Below are positions 1 through 10,082 of a DNA stretch of 64,000 bases, piece after piece (the stretch's first letter is position 1; each line of letters begins with the position of its first letter). The stretch lies in the NCBI GenBank assembly GCA_963754315.1, contig CAVWFS010000019.1:861745-925744 (forward strand), given 5' to 3'. The notes below the pieces were generated by a model. That model made no database searches, was not told where the DNA came from, and saw only the letters and a list, made by a program, of their open reading frames with translations. The position numbers and the translations under genes were made by a program. The DNA is from an uncultured Candidatus Rokubacteria bacterium. Lineage in GTDB: Bacteria > Methylomirabilota > Methylomirabilia > Rokubacteriales > CSP1-6.

Positions 1-1
1 C

Positions 2-481
2 CGTTACGTGATCCAGGGAAGGTGGCTGCTGAACGGCAGCATCGGGGTGAGCCAACTCTTCGCTGAGTCTGAGCCGAATAGAACCGTCCCGGCCGGATCT
101 GGCAATCTCTCGTACTTCTTCCCGGATGGGGTGGCGACTATCGGCTTCAGCACGGGCTTCGCGAATACCTTCGCCTACGGCCAGAACTTCGGAGTCATCT
201 ACACGTCGGGCGTCACCGGCGCCGTGTCCTACCGTTTCACGCCGCTGATCTCCGGGTTCGCGGGTGCCTACTACCGAATCAATATTCCCGCCGACGTCGG
301 CGGCGGTCTCGATAGCATCAACAGAGACGTCCGCGGAGCGTCGATAGGCTTAGGAGTTCAGCTCCGTCCCTGGCTCAATCTTAATCTTGGTTACTCCTAT
401 ATCGATCAGAGCAACCCGACCGGCGGGGCCCAACCCTTTACGGAGAATCGCGGTTTCATCTCCTTCAATGCAGCGTTCTAA
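2..481 (+). CDS. Outer-membrane beta-barrel protein, C-terminal part (EPS-locus associated); 5' end outside window
   Basis: Frame open from the window edge. Alternating amphipathic beta-strands and a C-terminal ENRGFISFNAAF ending in Phe, the BAM-type signature. Confidence 0.7.
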   Translation, partial: RYVIQGRWLLNGSIGVSQLFAESEPNRTVPAGSGNLSYFFPDGVATIGFSTGFANTFAYGQNFGVIYTSGVTGAVSYRFTPLISGFAGAYYRINIPADVGGGLDSINRDVRGASIGLGVQLRPWLNLNLGYSYIDQSNPTGGAQPFTENRGFISFNAAF

Positions 482-518
482 GCAGCATCGCTCCGATGCC
501 GGCGGTCTCTATGCGCAC

Positions 519-2024
519 TCAAGGCGAGAAAGTCAGCTCAGCGACGCTCAGGGCAACGATGTCGCCGAGATCGACGGCATTGTCGTTCAGGCTCCCCGGG
601 CGGATCAGCGCCGAGAACACGCGGTAGACACCGCTGGCGATGACCCCAGCCGGGGGGAAAATGTACTGAAAAAAGCTCGAGGCATCGAGCTGGAAGCCAG
701 GGGGGACGACCTGCATCGGCGACAGAGAGGTTGGCGCCGACAGCGATCCCGTCCGCTCGAGGACGCCGTGGCCAGAGAACAGGACCAGCGTCTTTCGGTC
801 AGGGAGCAGGGCACCGACGTAGAGGTCCAGGGCCGAGCTGGCGTCCGGATTGTGTACCGACAATCCGAGGCTTAGCGTCTGCCCTGAGCCGAACCGAGTT
901 CCATTGAGCCAGACTCGCGTGTTGGCAAGTAGGGCGGCGCTCGGTCGCAACACATAGGCGTCCTCGTCGACGTCCGTCACCGTCACCAACAGACCAAAAC
1001 CGGGCACATGGCCCAATCGACCGAACATACCATTCGGCGACGCGGCCCCGGGGCCGCCGGAAACCGTTGCCGACGACCACGAACGAGTCTCTGTGTCGAG
1101 GAAGTAAACGATGTCCCCGCCGCTCCAGACTATCATCCGATCGGTATCCGGGTCGTAGGCGAGGCCTGGCGACGTGTTGTTCGCGAGCAGAGGCGTGCCC
1201 GGCCACTTCTCGCGAATGAACGAGCTCCCTGGCCCGATGTCGTAGACTGACACGCCTCCGTTGTTGTCGTCTGGTCCTCCGATGATGACGAGCTTGCTCC
1301 TCACCGGATCCACGGCACTCGTCATGTGGTAGTCAATGAAATTGTCACTGGCCAGCCGATCGTAACTGTTGGTTTCGAAGGTGTACGCGTAGAGATCCCG
1401 AGAGTCATGCAGATATACTTTCTTCGAGTTCGGGTCGTATGCGGCCACCACTCCGGCGTCGGGACCTGGTTGTGGACCCGACGGATCCATCCGCTGCCAG
1501 ATAAGGGACGGGAAGTGGAACGTCCACGTGACACGACTGAAGTGCCCCGGGCCACAGGCGAGGCTTCCACCGTACACGAAGAGCCGGTCGGCATGGGCAA
1601 TGTAGGCCATGCCACCGTAGCTGTGCCGGGAATTGGGCCGCCCGTCCGCCAGCGTCTCCTGGCAGTCGCGAGTACCAATCGGTAAATTAGGCGGGCTCGG
1701 GTCGGTCAAGCGCTGGATCGTCCGCGTGGCCAGATCCAGTGCGTACAGCTCGTTTCCTGCGTAGTCGTTATGGCCGCCGCCCCACATGATAAGGCGGTCT
1801 CGAGTCGAGTCCACCACCCCACCGTTCCAAGCTAGGATCACGTTCTTGCAGCGCCCAGCAAAGTCGTAGTCCGGTGTGGACGGCGGGCACACCGCTCGCA
1901 TCTTCGTGTTGGGAATGGCTGTCCAGCCGGAAGGAAAATCCTGCGCGTTGGCCCGCGATGCTTGCGGGGGAAGCAACCAGGGCACCAGGAGCATCACGGT
2001 GGCCATCAGCAGATACCGAATCAA
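519..2024 (-). CDS. Secreted protein: module A (Kelch-like beta-propeller) + C-terminal module C
   Basis: Probable TTG start at 2024 with GGAGGG RBS. Signal peptide ending ANA-QD; WNGG..WGGGHNDYAGNE and DGRPNSRHSYGG motifs. The last ~130 aa are homologous to the end of 3173-4786. Confidence 0.8.
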   Translation of the reverse strand: MIRYLLMATVMLLVPWLLPPQASRANAQDFPSGWTAIPNTKMRAVCPPSTPDYDFAGRCKNVILAWNGGVVDSTRDRLIMWGGGHNDYAGNELYALDLATRTIQRLTDPSPPNLPIGTRDCQETLADGRPNSRHSYGGMAYIAHADRLFVYGGSLACGPGHFSRVTWTFHFPSLIWQRMDPSGPQPGPDAGVVAAYDPNSKKVYLHDSRDLYAYTFETNSYDRLASDNFIDYHMTSAVDPVRSKLVIIGGPDDNNGGVSVYDIGPGSSFIREKWPGTPLLANNTSPGLAYDPDTDRMIVWSGGDIVYFLDTETRSWSSATVSGGPGAASPNGMFGRLGHVPGFGLLVTVTDVDEDAYVLRPSAALLANTRVWLNGTRFGSGQTLSLGLSVHNPDASSALDLYVGALLPDRKTLVLFSGHGVLERTGSLSAPTSLSPMQVVPPGFQLDASSFFQYIFPPAGVIASGVYRVFSALIRPGSLNDNAVDLGDIVALSVAELTFSP

Positions 2025-2059
2025 GTGAGCGTCCCTCCACTTGTGTCGTGGACACCAGG

Positions 2060-2940
2060 GATCGTGTCCCCAGCAGTGGTGCACGAGCGGTGATTCGCGG
2101 AGGGCAGGTGCCCCTTCAGTTCAGCACGGCCGACAGCCACACGGACTGATTGTCGCTGAGCGCGTGCAGCCCTTCAAGCTGCATATATTGCCGCTGCAGC
2201 TGCCACTCGTCGTTCGGCTCGAGCAGCGGCCCCCACCAGCCGGATGATCGCCGCCTCGTTGGGGAAAATTCCCACCACGTCCGTCCGCTAGCTTGCAGCG
2301 CTCCAGCGGATTGGTGCGATCGAGCCATGCCTGGGACCAGCGTCAGCCCCCCTTAGGGGGAACTTCTCCCGCAGCTGGCCGCTCACCGCGCCATTGAGCG
2401 ATGGCCGCTCCCTGGCTCTCCTGGGCGAACACCGTGTTGATCAAGGCCAGGACCATCTACCGCTGCCCCTTGCCCGCGTGGGCCAGGGCCTTGCGGATGA
2501 AGTGCACCCGACACCGCTGCCAGCTCGCCTTGAGCACCTTGGCCACGGCTGCCCTCAACCCCTCGTGGGCATGGGAAATCACCAGCTTGACGCCACGCAA
2601 CCCCCGCCGGGTCAGGCTGCGCAGGACGCTGGTCCAAAACGGCTCCGCTTCGCTCGGCCCCACCACCAGCCCCAGCACCTCTCGCACCCCGTCGGTGTTC
2701 ACCGCCACCGACACGATGCGCCCCGCCTCCCGCACCTTCACGTAGGTCGCATCGATCCACAGGTACGGCCAATCCCGTCCAGGGGTCGGTTCACGAATGT
2801 CCCGACCCGCTCGTCAATCTGACTGCACAGCCGCGAGACTTGACTCTTCGAGATGCCGCTCATCCCCAGCGCGCGGACCACCTCATCCACCGAGCGCGCG
2901 TCGACACCCCCTGGATGTACGCCTCTTGGATCACCAGGCA
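2060..2940 (-). mobile_element. IS256 (Mutator) family transposase remnant, frameshifted and 5'-truncated
   Basis: Fragments VIQEAYIQG, ALGMSGISKSQVSRLC, REVLGL..GPSEAEPFW, WQRCRVHF and NDEWQLQRQYMQLE. End-like motif CACCACTGCTGGGGACACGAT at ~2061-2081. Confidence 0.85.
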
Positions 2941-3172
2941 ACTGGTGTCTACCTCGCCCGGGCGGCGGTTGGCTGGACCGACTCAAGCAAGGCGGGCACA
3001 TCACGCTTGTGTATCATGCTCGTCGGCTATCGAGCGGTGCCAACTCTACGGCGAAACGTGAGCCAGTGGCTGGACCAGGCGCCCCGGCTCGTCGCCGTGC
3101 ATAGGGCAGTCGATGTTGCCAGTGATCCGCTCACCCCTGACCCTTGACGGCTGACCGCACAGGGTCGATCCT

Positions 3173-4786
3173 GATGGTCAGTGGGCATGGGGCGCCATTT
3201 CGAAAGAAGCACGCGGTGATTCGAGGCCGTCAGGCTGCGCTCGAGCTTCTCCTGTTCACCCTCGCCATATCTCTGCTGGTAGGAACCGCTCAGGGGCACA
3301 CGACTCCGATCGACATTCCGAGTGGGGTCTTCATTGCGCTGGAGCGGCCGGACTGGGGCCGGGGGCCGGCGCGGGAGACGAAGCACTCGACGTACGCGCA
3401 CAACCCGATCGACGGGCGGCTGTACCAGATGGGGGGGACTTTGGGGGGACGGTGGGGGGGTCGTCGTACCGGCAGGACATGTACTCGGTGTCGATTGCGG
3501 AGCGGTGGGCGAGCCGGAACGACCGGAACGCGGGCTGGCGGCAGGAGTACCCGTACTGTGGGCCGGAGGGAGGGCGGCAGCCGAAGTCGCCGGACTATGT
3601 CGGGTGGACGTGGGACACCAAGCGGCGGGTGTTCTGGAGCGTGCCGGGCACGTTTGTAATCCCGGCGGCGGTGTGTCCAGGCATCACGGCGAGCTGGGGG
3701 GACGACCCCCCGAAGTATTTGTTCAACCACCTGATGACCTTTGATCCCTTCGAGCCGGACCTGACCCAGCGCTGGCAGGACCGGGGGCGCGACATTGGGC
3801 CGACGGCCGTGGACACGTGGATGAGCGTGTACGACGCGGGGACCGACAGTCTGATTCGCTTCGGGTGGGACGGGGCGCGCGGGGCGATGGTGAACATCTA
3901 TGACATTACGGCCGGGCAGTGGACGGCGAAGTTGCTGGGGTTGAACGCGGTGGGGCAGGACATCCGGATCTTTAAGGAGATGCTGGCGGCGGACTGGGGG
4001 CAGCGGGTGATTTATGTGATCGACGGGATTGCGGGGCGGCTGCATCGCTACCGGGTAGATGGGCGGACGATCGAGGACCTGGGGGTGGTGCCGGGGGGCC
4101 CGATCGCCTATGCGGCCAACAATGATGCCTACGCGGTGTGGGACAGCCTGCACCGGGTGCTGTTCTTTTTCCGGATGGACACGAGCATCCTGCACGTCTA
4201 TCACCCGGACACGCAGGAGTGGGAGACGCCACCGCTGGTGACAGATCCGCCGGGGCTGACGCCGCACGTGCGGCACGCGGCGGTGTTCGACCCGTACCAG
4301 AACGTGCTGGTCCTCCTGGGGACGACGGACACGGCGAACCCCTACATGTACCTGTACCGCTATGCGGAAGAAGGTAGGCCGAGCACCCGGCTCTCCCTCA
4401 GTGGAATCCAGTTCCATGCGGGCCAGACGTTGAATCTCGGACTGTCCGTCCACAATCCCAACGAGAACTCACCTCTCGAGCTTTACGTCGGCGCCGTGCT
4501 TCCGGACGGGAAGACCCTGGTTCTGTTCTCTGGCCCCGGCGTCCTCGAGCGGACGGGATCGCTGTCCGCACTCGCCTCCCTGTCGCCGATGCAGGTCGTT
4601 CCCCCTGGCTTTCAGCTCGATGCACCGAGCTTTTTCCAGTACACGTTCCCCCCCGCCGGGGTCACTGCGAGCGGTGTCTACCGTGTGTTCTCGGCGTTGA
4701 TCCGCCCGGCAAGCCTGGACGACAATGCCGTCGATCCCGACGATATCGTCGCCCTGAGCGTGGTCGAACTGAGTTTCGCGCCGTGA
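3173..4786 (+). CDS. Secreted protein: module B (beta-propeller-like) + module C; one frameshift in a G tract at 3431-3437
   Basis: ORF 3144-3659 (signal peptide, PIDIPSGVFIALERPDW) and ORF 3452-4786 join if G7 is G8, as in the paralog at 31217. Exact start uncertain. Confidence 0.75.
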   Translation, partial: DGQWAWGAISKEARGDSRPSGCARASPVHPRHISAGRNRSGAHDSDRHSEWGLHCAGAAGLGPGAGAGDEALDVRAQPDRRAAVPDGGDFGGTVGGSSYRQDMYSVSIAERWASRNDRNAGWRQEYPYCGPEGGRQPKSPDYVGWTWDTKRRVFWSVPGTFVIPAAVCPGITASWGDDPPKYLFNHLMTFDPFEPDLTQRWQDRGRDIGPTAVDTWMSVYDAGTDSLIRFGWDGARGAMVNIYDITAGQWTAKLLGLNAVGQDIRIFKEMLAADWGQRVIYVIDGIAGRLHRYRVDGRTIEDLGVVPGGPIAYAANNDAYAVWDSLHRVLFFFRMDTSILHVYHPDTQEWETPPLVTDPPGLTPHVRHAAVFDPYQNVLVLLGTTDTANPYMYLYRYAEEGRPSTRLSLSGIQFHAGQTLNLGLSVHNPNENSPLELYVGAVLPDGKTLVLFSGPGVLERTGSLSALASLSPMQVVPPGFQLDAPSFFQYTFPPAGVTASGVYRVFSALIRPASLDDNAVDPDDIVALSVVELSFAP

Positions 4787-6063
4787 GCATGCGCTGCACA
4801 ATCACCTCAATGAGGTCTACTGCCATCGGGATACGGCCAGCCGTCCTCGTCATCCTCGCGATCGTCTTGCAACCCCTCTCGGTCAGCGCCAAGGAGATCG
4901 GACCCGAAGCGGACTGGTGCCGCGAGGCGAATACCCTGCCAGCCGGCGCTGAGCTCCTGCTACGTCCAGGCGACTACCACGGCCCTTGCACGATTCGGCG
5001 CGGGGAGGGAGGCGCGGGAGGGCCGATCTCCATTCGCGCCAAGGATCCCGACCGGCCCGCCCGCATCGTGTACTCCGGCGGCAGCCACAACGTGCTGAAT
5101 ATCCGTCGCGACGACGTGACCATCCGCGGTCTCGAATTCGGGCCGACACTACAGGATGTCGACGGCATCCGGATCTACGACGGCAACAGGATTACCATCG
5201 AGGACTGCCACTTCTCGCAGATGGGTGGTATTGCCGTTGTGGCGAATTATGCCAACGTTCGCGACCTCACCATTCGGCGAAACGCCATCCGGCATTCGAA
5301 GTCGACGGCGATGTACTTCGGGTGCCATGACGGGATCTCGTGCACCGCCTCCGATCTCGCTATCGAGCACAACTTTATCGACGGCGTTGATACCGAGCAT
5401 GGGATCGGCTACGGCATCCAGATCAAACTCAACTCAACGGCAACCATCCGCGACAACGTGATCGTCAACACCAAGGGACCCGGCATCATGGTCTACGGAG
5501 CGGCCGACCCCTCCCGCGTCAGCCTGGTAGAGAGGAACCTTGTGGCGGGCTCGCGCACCTCGTCGGGTATCGTGGTCGGCGGCGGTCCGGCGGTGGTTCG
5601 CAATAACGTCGCTCTCGCCAACGCCGAAGTCGGGGTCGGGCTTGAGGACTATCGCCGACGGGGACTCCTTCAGGGGATTCTAGTTGCTCACAACACGCTG
5701 TACGGGAACAGCAAGGGCGCGATCGGCGTGCCCGCCTCCGGTCGCCTCGAAGCCAAAGTGATCAACAACGCGGCGCACGCCAAGGTCGGGACTCGGTCGT
5801 TGCCGGCCGACCGATCGGGTTTGCTCGCCAGGGGCAATGTCGACTGTTCCCTTGCCCCATGCTTCGGCAATCCGGAGGGGATGGACTTCTCGCCTCATGC
5901 CACCTCACCGCTCTTGGGTCGGGGGCGCCCCGAGGCTGACCAGAGGATGCCCGTAGACGACTACTTGGGGCGGCGGCGCGGAGGGTTGCCCACGCCCGGC
6001 GCATTCGACGGCGCGGCGGAGCCCCTTGTCATCGGCATCCAGCCGGGCGAGCGCCCTCGATGA
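4783..6063 (+). CDS. Secreted right-handed parallel beta-helix protein (pectin-lyase-like fold; module D)
   Basis: Signal peptide; PbH1-type repeats (VTIRGLEF, ITIEDCHF, LTIRRNAI, TIRDNVI). Homologous to the C-terminus of 32501-37075. Confidence 0.8.
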   Translation: MSMRCTITSMRSTAIGIRPAVLVILAIVLQPLSVSAKEIGPEADWCREANTLPAGAELLLRPGDYHGPCTIRRGEGGAGGPISIRAKDPDRPARIVYSGGSHNVLNIRRDDVTIRGLEFGPTLQDVDGIRIYDGNRITIEDCHFSQMGGIAVVANYANVRDLTIRRNAIRHSKSTAMYFGCHDGISCTASDLAIEHNFIDGVDTEHGIGYGIQIKLNSTATIRDNVIVNTKGPGIMVYGAADPSRVSLVERNLVAGSRTSSGIVVGGGPAVVRNNVALANAEVGVGLEDYRRRGLLQGILVAHNTLYGNSKGAIGVPASGRLEAKVINNAAHAKVGTRSLPADRSGLLARGNVDCSLAPCFGNPEGMDFSPHATSPLLGRGRPEADQRMPVDDYLGRRRGGLPTPGAFDGAAEPLVIGIQPGERPR

Positions 6064-6140
6064 ACTCCCACGATCCACGCGCAAATGTGCTGCTCGTTTT
6101 GGGTCGTTGCTGCAATTTTTGCGGCTACCGACGGCAGAAA

Positions 6141-6157
6141 TGTCTGATTCCCCGACG
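6141..6157 (+). promoter_or_regulatory. Candidate enhancer-binding-protein site TGT-N11-ACG
   Basis: TGTCTGATTCCCCGACG lies ~115-130 bp upstream of the sigma-54 site; a similar box is at 31190-31206. Confidence 0.35.
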
Positions 6158-6272
6158 TTCGTTTCTCACTAATAGCCACTAACGCCTATCCCAACCTGCC
6201 ATCCGTGGAGCAACTCACGTGGCTGCGCCACATGGCTAACAAAATCAAACCCTTTCGTGACAGAACTCAAAG

Positions 6273-6287
6273 TGGCACCTGTCTTGC
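6273..6287 (+). promoter_or_regulatory. Sigma-54 (-24/-12) promoter of the main EPS operon
   Basis: TGGCAC-CTGTC-TTGC, an exact match to the TGGCAC-N5-TTGC consensus just upstream of the priming glycosyltransferase. Confidence 0.75.
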
Positions 6288-6302
6288 GACTAACCCACTC
6301 TC

Positions 6303-7676
6303 GTGCTCAGAGTATTCGGACACTACTTACCGGCGATCGCAGTCGTCTCAATCCTGGGGGACCTGGTCACCCTGACCGCATCTGTCCTCCTTGCTTCACA
6401 ATCCGCGGGATGGATCGGCACGGGGCCGCTCTGGCCTAAGGCCCTTGCCGTGTGCGGTATCACGGTCTTCAGCATCTATGTCACTGATCTCTATCGAACC
6501 GATTCACGTCTGAACAGGCGCGAGCTGGTCGCGCGGCTGGTGGTCGCTCTGCTCGCAAGCGCGCTGGTTATGGCCGCGCTTGGTTTTGCTGTCCCCGCCC
6601 TGCGTTTCAGCCGCTCTGCCTTTGTCCAGATCTTCAGCGCCTTCGCGATCGGCCTTGTTCCCTGGCGAATTGTCTTGCACCGGATCTGTCTGAATGGTCG
6701 CCTGCACGCGCGCGTCCTCGTGCTCGGGCTCAGCCGCGCGGCCGGGCGACTCGTCGAGCTGCGGACGACCGGCTCGCAACCCTTCGTGATCCTCGGCTTC
6801 CTGGATGACGCTCCCGATGCCCATGACAAGCTGCCCGCGGGGACGGAGCTCCTCGGTAAGCCGCGGGATCTCCTGAATCTCGTCGACGAGCTACGGCCAG
6901 ACCTCATCGTCGTCGCTCTCTCCGACATGCGGGGAGCATTGCCGACGAGTGATCTACTCGAATGCCGCCTGCGTGGAATTCGGGTTGAGGAGTGGCCGAC
7001 ATTTTTTGAGAAGCAGACGGGGAGGGTGCTGGTCACCGATCTCCGACCGAGCTGGCTCATATTCTCCGATGGCTTCGTTTCGATCCAGATCACGCAGACG
7101 TTGAAGAAGGTTCTGGATCTTACCCTCGCCCTCTCCCTTCTCGTCCTCACACTGCCCCTCATGCTGCTGGTGGCAGTCTCCATCAGGCTCGATTCCAAGG
7201 GGCCGATCCTATTCCGCCAGCCCCGGGTCGGTCACAACAGCCGCATCTTCATGATCAACAAGTTCCGTTCGATGCGAGACAACGCCGAACGTGAATCGGG
7301 GGCCGTGTGGGCTACCGCCGGCGATCCTCGGGTGACCCGAGTCGGTCGCATCATCCGGCGGACGCGGCTCGATGAGCTGCCGCAGCTCTTCAACGTGCTC
7401 CTGGGAGAAATGAGCTTCGTGGGACCCCGCCCAGAGCGGCCCGAATTCGTGCGCACGCTTCACCGACAGATCCCTTTCTACTCAGGCCGGCTTGCCGTCA
7501 AGCCAGGCATCACCGGATGGGCCCAGGTCCGTCATCACTATGCGGCCTCGGTCGAGGATGCGATGGAAAAGCTTCAGTACGACCTCTACTACATCAAGAA
7601 CCTGTCCCCCTTCTTGGACATTCTCATCCTCCTCAGCACGATTCAGGTCGTGCTCTTCGCGCGAGGAGCACGCTAA
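6303..7676 (+). CDS. Priming polyprenyl-phosphate glycosylphosphotransferase (exosortase/PEP-CTERM system sugar transferase type)
   Basis: N-terminal TM helices. Bac_transf motifs [60 protein letters not shown]. Confidence 0.95.
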   Translation: MLRVFGHYLPAIAVVSILGDLVTLTASVLLASQSAGWIGTGPLWPKALAVCGITVFSIYVTDLYRTDSRLNRRELVARLVVALLASALVMAALGFAVPALRFSRSAFVQIFSAFAIGLVPWRIVLHRICLNGRLHARVLVLGLSRAAGRLVELRTTGSQPFVILGFLDDAPDAHDKLPAGTELLGKPRDLLNLVDELRPDLIVVALSDMRGALPTSDLLECRLRGIRVEEWPTFFEKQTGRVLVTDLRPSWLIFSDGFVSIQITQTLKKVLDLTLALSLLVLTLPLMLLVAVSIRLDSKGPILFRQPRVGHNSRIFMINKFRSMRDNAERESGAVWATAGDPRVTRVGRIIRRTRLDELPQLFNVLLGEMSFVGPRPERPEFVRTLHRQIPFYSGRLAVKPGITGWAQVRHHYAASVEDAMEKLQYDLYYIKNLSPFLDILILLSTIQVVLFARGAR

Positions 7677-7680
7677 GCCG

Positions 7681-9954
7681 ATGGATCAGTGGCGTCTCGC
7701 TCATCGCATCGCCCTCGGGATCCTTCGCCGGCGCAAGACCCTCGCCGTGGTCACCTTCCTCTTGGCTGTGCTGGTGACCTTTCCCGCCGCCTATTATCTG
7801 TCACATGAACCGCCTCGATACCAGGCGGTGGCCACGATTCTGCTCGAGGTCAAGCCCGATCGCGTCCCCCTCTTTCAGGAACTCTCGCCCATGCGGCCGC
7901 TGTCGGTCCAGATGGCCATCCTCCGCAGCCGGTCGCTCGCCGAGAGCGTCCTCAGCAGCCTGCCTCGAGCGTCGGTCCAAGATTTGACCGACAACCTGTA
8001 CTACGTCGATTACCTCCAGAAGCTCGTGAACCTCTATCATCGGCTGCTCGGAGTGCCACCGGTTACTTCGAGCTCACGCGGGGAGGCGGTGGCGGAGCTC
8101 CAGGGCGGGCGGATGAAGTTCGTTCCCCTCGGTGACGGCCTCGTGTCGGTCTCGGCCATCGCGTCCAAACCGGAGATCGCGGTGGACCTCGCTCAAACCT
8201 ACATCGAGGTCCTTCTCGGCCGGACGCGAACGTTCAACATCGACGATGCGCGAGTGTCGCGAGAGTTCCTCGAGCAGCAGGTCGCCGACGTCAAGAAGAA
8301 GCTGCAGGCGAGCGAAGAATCGCTGCGCGTCTTCACCTCCTCCCACGGCGGCATCAAGGTTCCCGAGCAAAGCCAGGCGACGACTACCCAGCTCTCCCAG
8401 GCCGAGACGGCGCTGGCCGAGGTGCAAGCTAACCGGAAAATGATTGAATCCAGGCTAGCCGGGCTCCGCGAGAAGGTTGAGCAGCAGAAGCGGACGCCAT
8501 CCCCGGCCGTCTCGCTTGGCCCGGCCAGCACGCCGACGCCGTCCAGTGCGGCATCGCCTGAAGTGAGGCGATTGCGCGATCAGCTTGAACAGCTCGAGAC
8601 GACGCTGCTCGATCTCCGCATGCGATTCACGGACGAGCATCCGCGGGTCAGACCCGTCAAGGACAAGCTCGCTGAGTTACGGAGCCAGCTCGGGAGTGCT
8701 GTCAAAGAGAGCACGATCGTCACGCCCATGGTAGGAGCGGTACCACCCTCGGAGAGGGTCAACTTTTCAGAGCAGCTCGTCGCTCTGGAAACCTCTCTGC
8801 TGGCCATGACCGCGCAGGAGGAGGCTTTACGCAAGCAAGCCGACACCCTGCGCGCCAGCCTCGCGGGATTGTCGCGAAGCGAGCTGGCCTACAGCCGTCT
8901 GGGACGTGAAGTCGACAGCAACCGTAACCTCTACTCTCTTCTCTCGGAAAAGCTCACCGCCGCCCGTATTCGGGAGCAGGGTGAGATGAAGGTCGTGAAA
9001 GTCATTGACCCGCCGGAGCTCGGGGTGAGCGCGAGCAACGACAAGCGCTTTAAGTTCCTGACCCTCGCGGCGGGCCTGGCCCTGCTCGTGGGGGGCGGGG
9101 TGCCCGTGGCCGCCGAGCTTCTCGGCAAGCACATCGAGTCGGAGGATGATGTTCATCAGGCGACCGATTTGCAGGTCATCGCCCTCGTCCCGCATCGCCG
9201 CTCGGGCCGCCCCGTATTCACGGCAATCGCCGGCCTCGAAAGACCCCGCCAGTCCGAGAACGATATTATATTCAGCGAGGCGTTTCGATCCCTCCGGGTA
9301 GCCGTCCAGCTTGCTATGCGCTCGGACAACGTCCGCAGTCTTCTTATCGCCAGCGCGTCCCCCGGCGACGGCAAGACCACCGTGTTGATCAACCTCGGAC
9401 TGGCCTTCAACGAGGGCGGAACGCACGTGGTGCTCGCCGATACCGATTTTCTTCGGCCAACGCTGCACAGCAGTATGCACGTGCCATCCACGGCCGGATT
9501 GGGTGAGGTCTTGCGGGCCGAGCGAACGCTCGATGACTCGCTTTTCCTGGTCGCCGACGGGCTGTGGGTGGCGGCCCCCGCCCACGGTATCGATGCCAGC
9601 GTCCGGGGGAGTCTTGCCACCAGCCGTCTGAAGGCCCTCGTCGGCGAGATGGCGACGAAGGCCGAGCTCGTGATCTGTGATTCGCCGCCGGTCCTCGCCG
9701 CCCCCGAGAGCCTCTTTCTGGGGTCTGCTGTCGACGCCGTCATCTTGGTCGTCAAGGCCGGTCGAACAAGCTTCCGGGACCTGGCCCGCACTAAGCGGAA
9801 GCTCGAAAGCGTCGGCGCCAGAATCCTGGGCGTGGTGATCAACGATTTGCCAGCCGCGACCCTGCGGCGGACGTATCGACGGTATGCCGCCAGCTATCAG
9901 AAGGATAACGCCATGGTCAGGAAGATCGGCCCTTCGCAACCGCCGCATGAATGA
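7681..9954 (+). CDS. wzc: Wzc-like polysaccharide co-polymerase / BY-kinase fusion
   Basis: Two TM segments flanking a coiled coil (FTDEHPRV). EAFRSLR, Walker A SASPGDGKTT, DTDFLRP, DSPP and a C-terminal Tyr cluster. Confidence 0.9.
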   Translation: MDQWRLAHRIALGILRRRKTLAVVTFLLAVLVTFPAAYYLSHEPPRYQAVATILLEVKPDRVPLFQELSPMRPLSVQMAILRSRSLAESVLSSLPRASVQDLTDNLYYVDYLQKLVNLYHRLLGVPPVTSSSRGEAVAELQGGRMKFVPLGDGLVSVSAIASKPEIAVDLAQTYIEVLLGRTRTFNIDDARVSREFLEQQVADVKKKLQASEESLRVFTSSHGGIKVPEQSQATTTQLSQAETALAEVQANRKMIESRLAGLREKVEQQKRTPSPAVSLGPASTPTPSSAASPEVRRLRDQLEQLETTLLDLRMRFTDEHPRVRPVKDKLAELRSQLGSAVKESTIVTPMVGAVPPSERVNFSEQLVALETSLLAMTAQEEALRKQADTLRASLAGLSRSELAYSRLGREVDSNRNLYSLLSEKLTAARIREQGEMKVVKVIDPPELGVSASNDKRFKFLTLAAGLALLVGGGVPVAAELLGKHIESEDDVHQATDLQVIALVPHRRSGRPVFTAIAGLERPRQSENDIIFSEAFRSLRVAVQLAMRSDNVRSLLIASASPGDGKTTVLINLGLAFNEGGTHVVLADTDFLRPTLHSSMHVPSTAGLGEVLRAERTLDDSLFLVADGLWVAAPAHGIDASVRGSLATSRLKALVGEMATKAELVICDSPPVLAAPESLFLGSAVDAVILVVKAGRTSFRDLARTKRKLESVGARILGVVINDLPAATLRRTYRRYAASYQKDNAMVRKIGPSQPPHE

Positions 9955-10082
9955 CCACTGCCTGGCGACTGTTACCGGTCACCGTGCCATCGCCGTTAGC
10001 CTCAGCGGTCGCGGAGCAGCCGCATCGTCGACGTGCGGAGCATGCTGGGTGGCAACCGTCGTCGCATCGTGACCGTCTAAGC

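Noticed and set aside
3290..4453. Long antisense ORFs over modules A and B (also 29474-30442, 31319-32311, 33449-34945, 35759-37033, 55451-56257)
   Set aside because: Shadow frames of GC-rich genes. They are Arg/Pro/His-rich, lack motifs and recur only because the sense genes are repeated.
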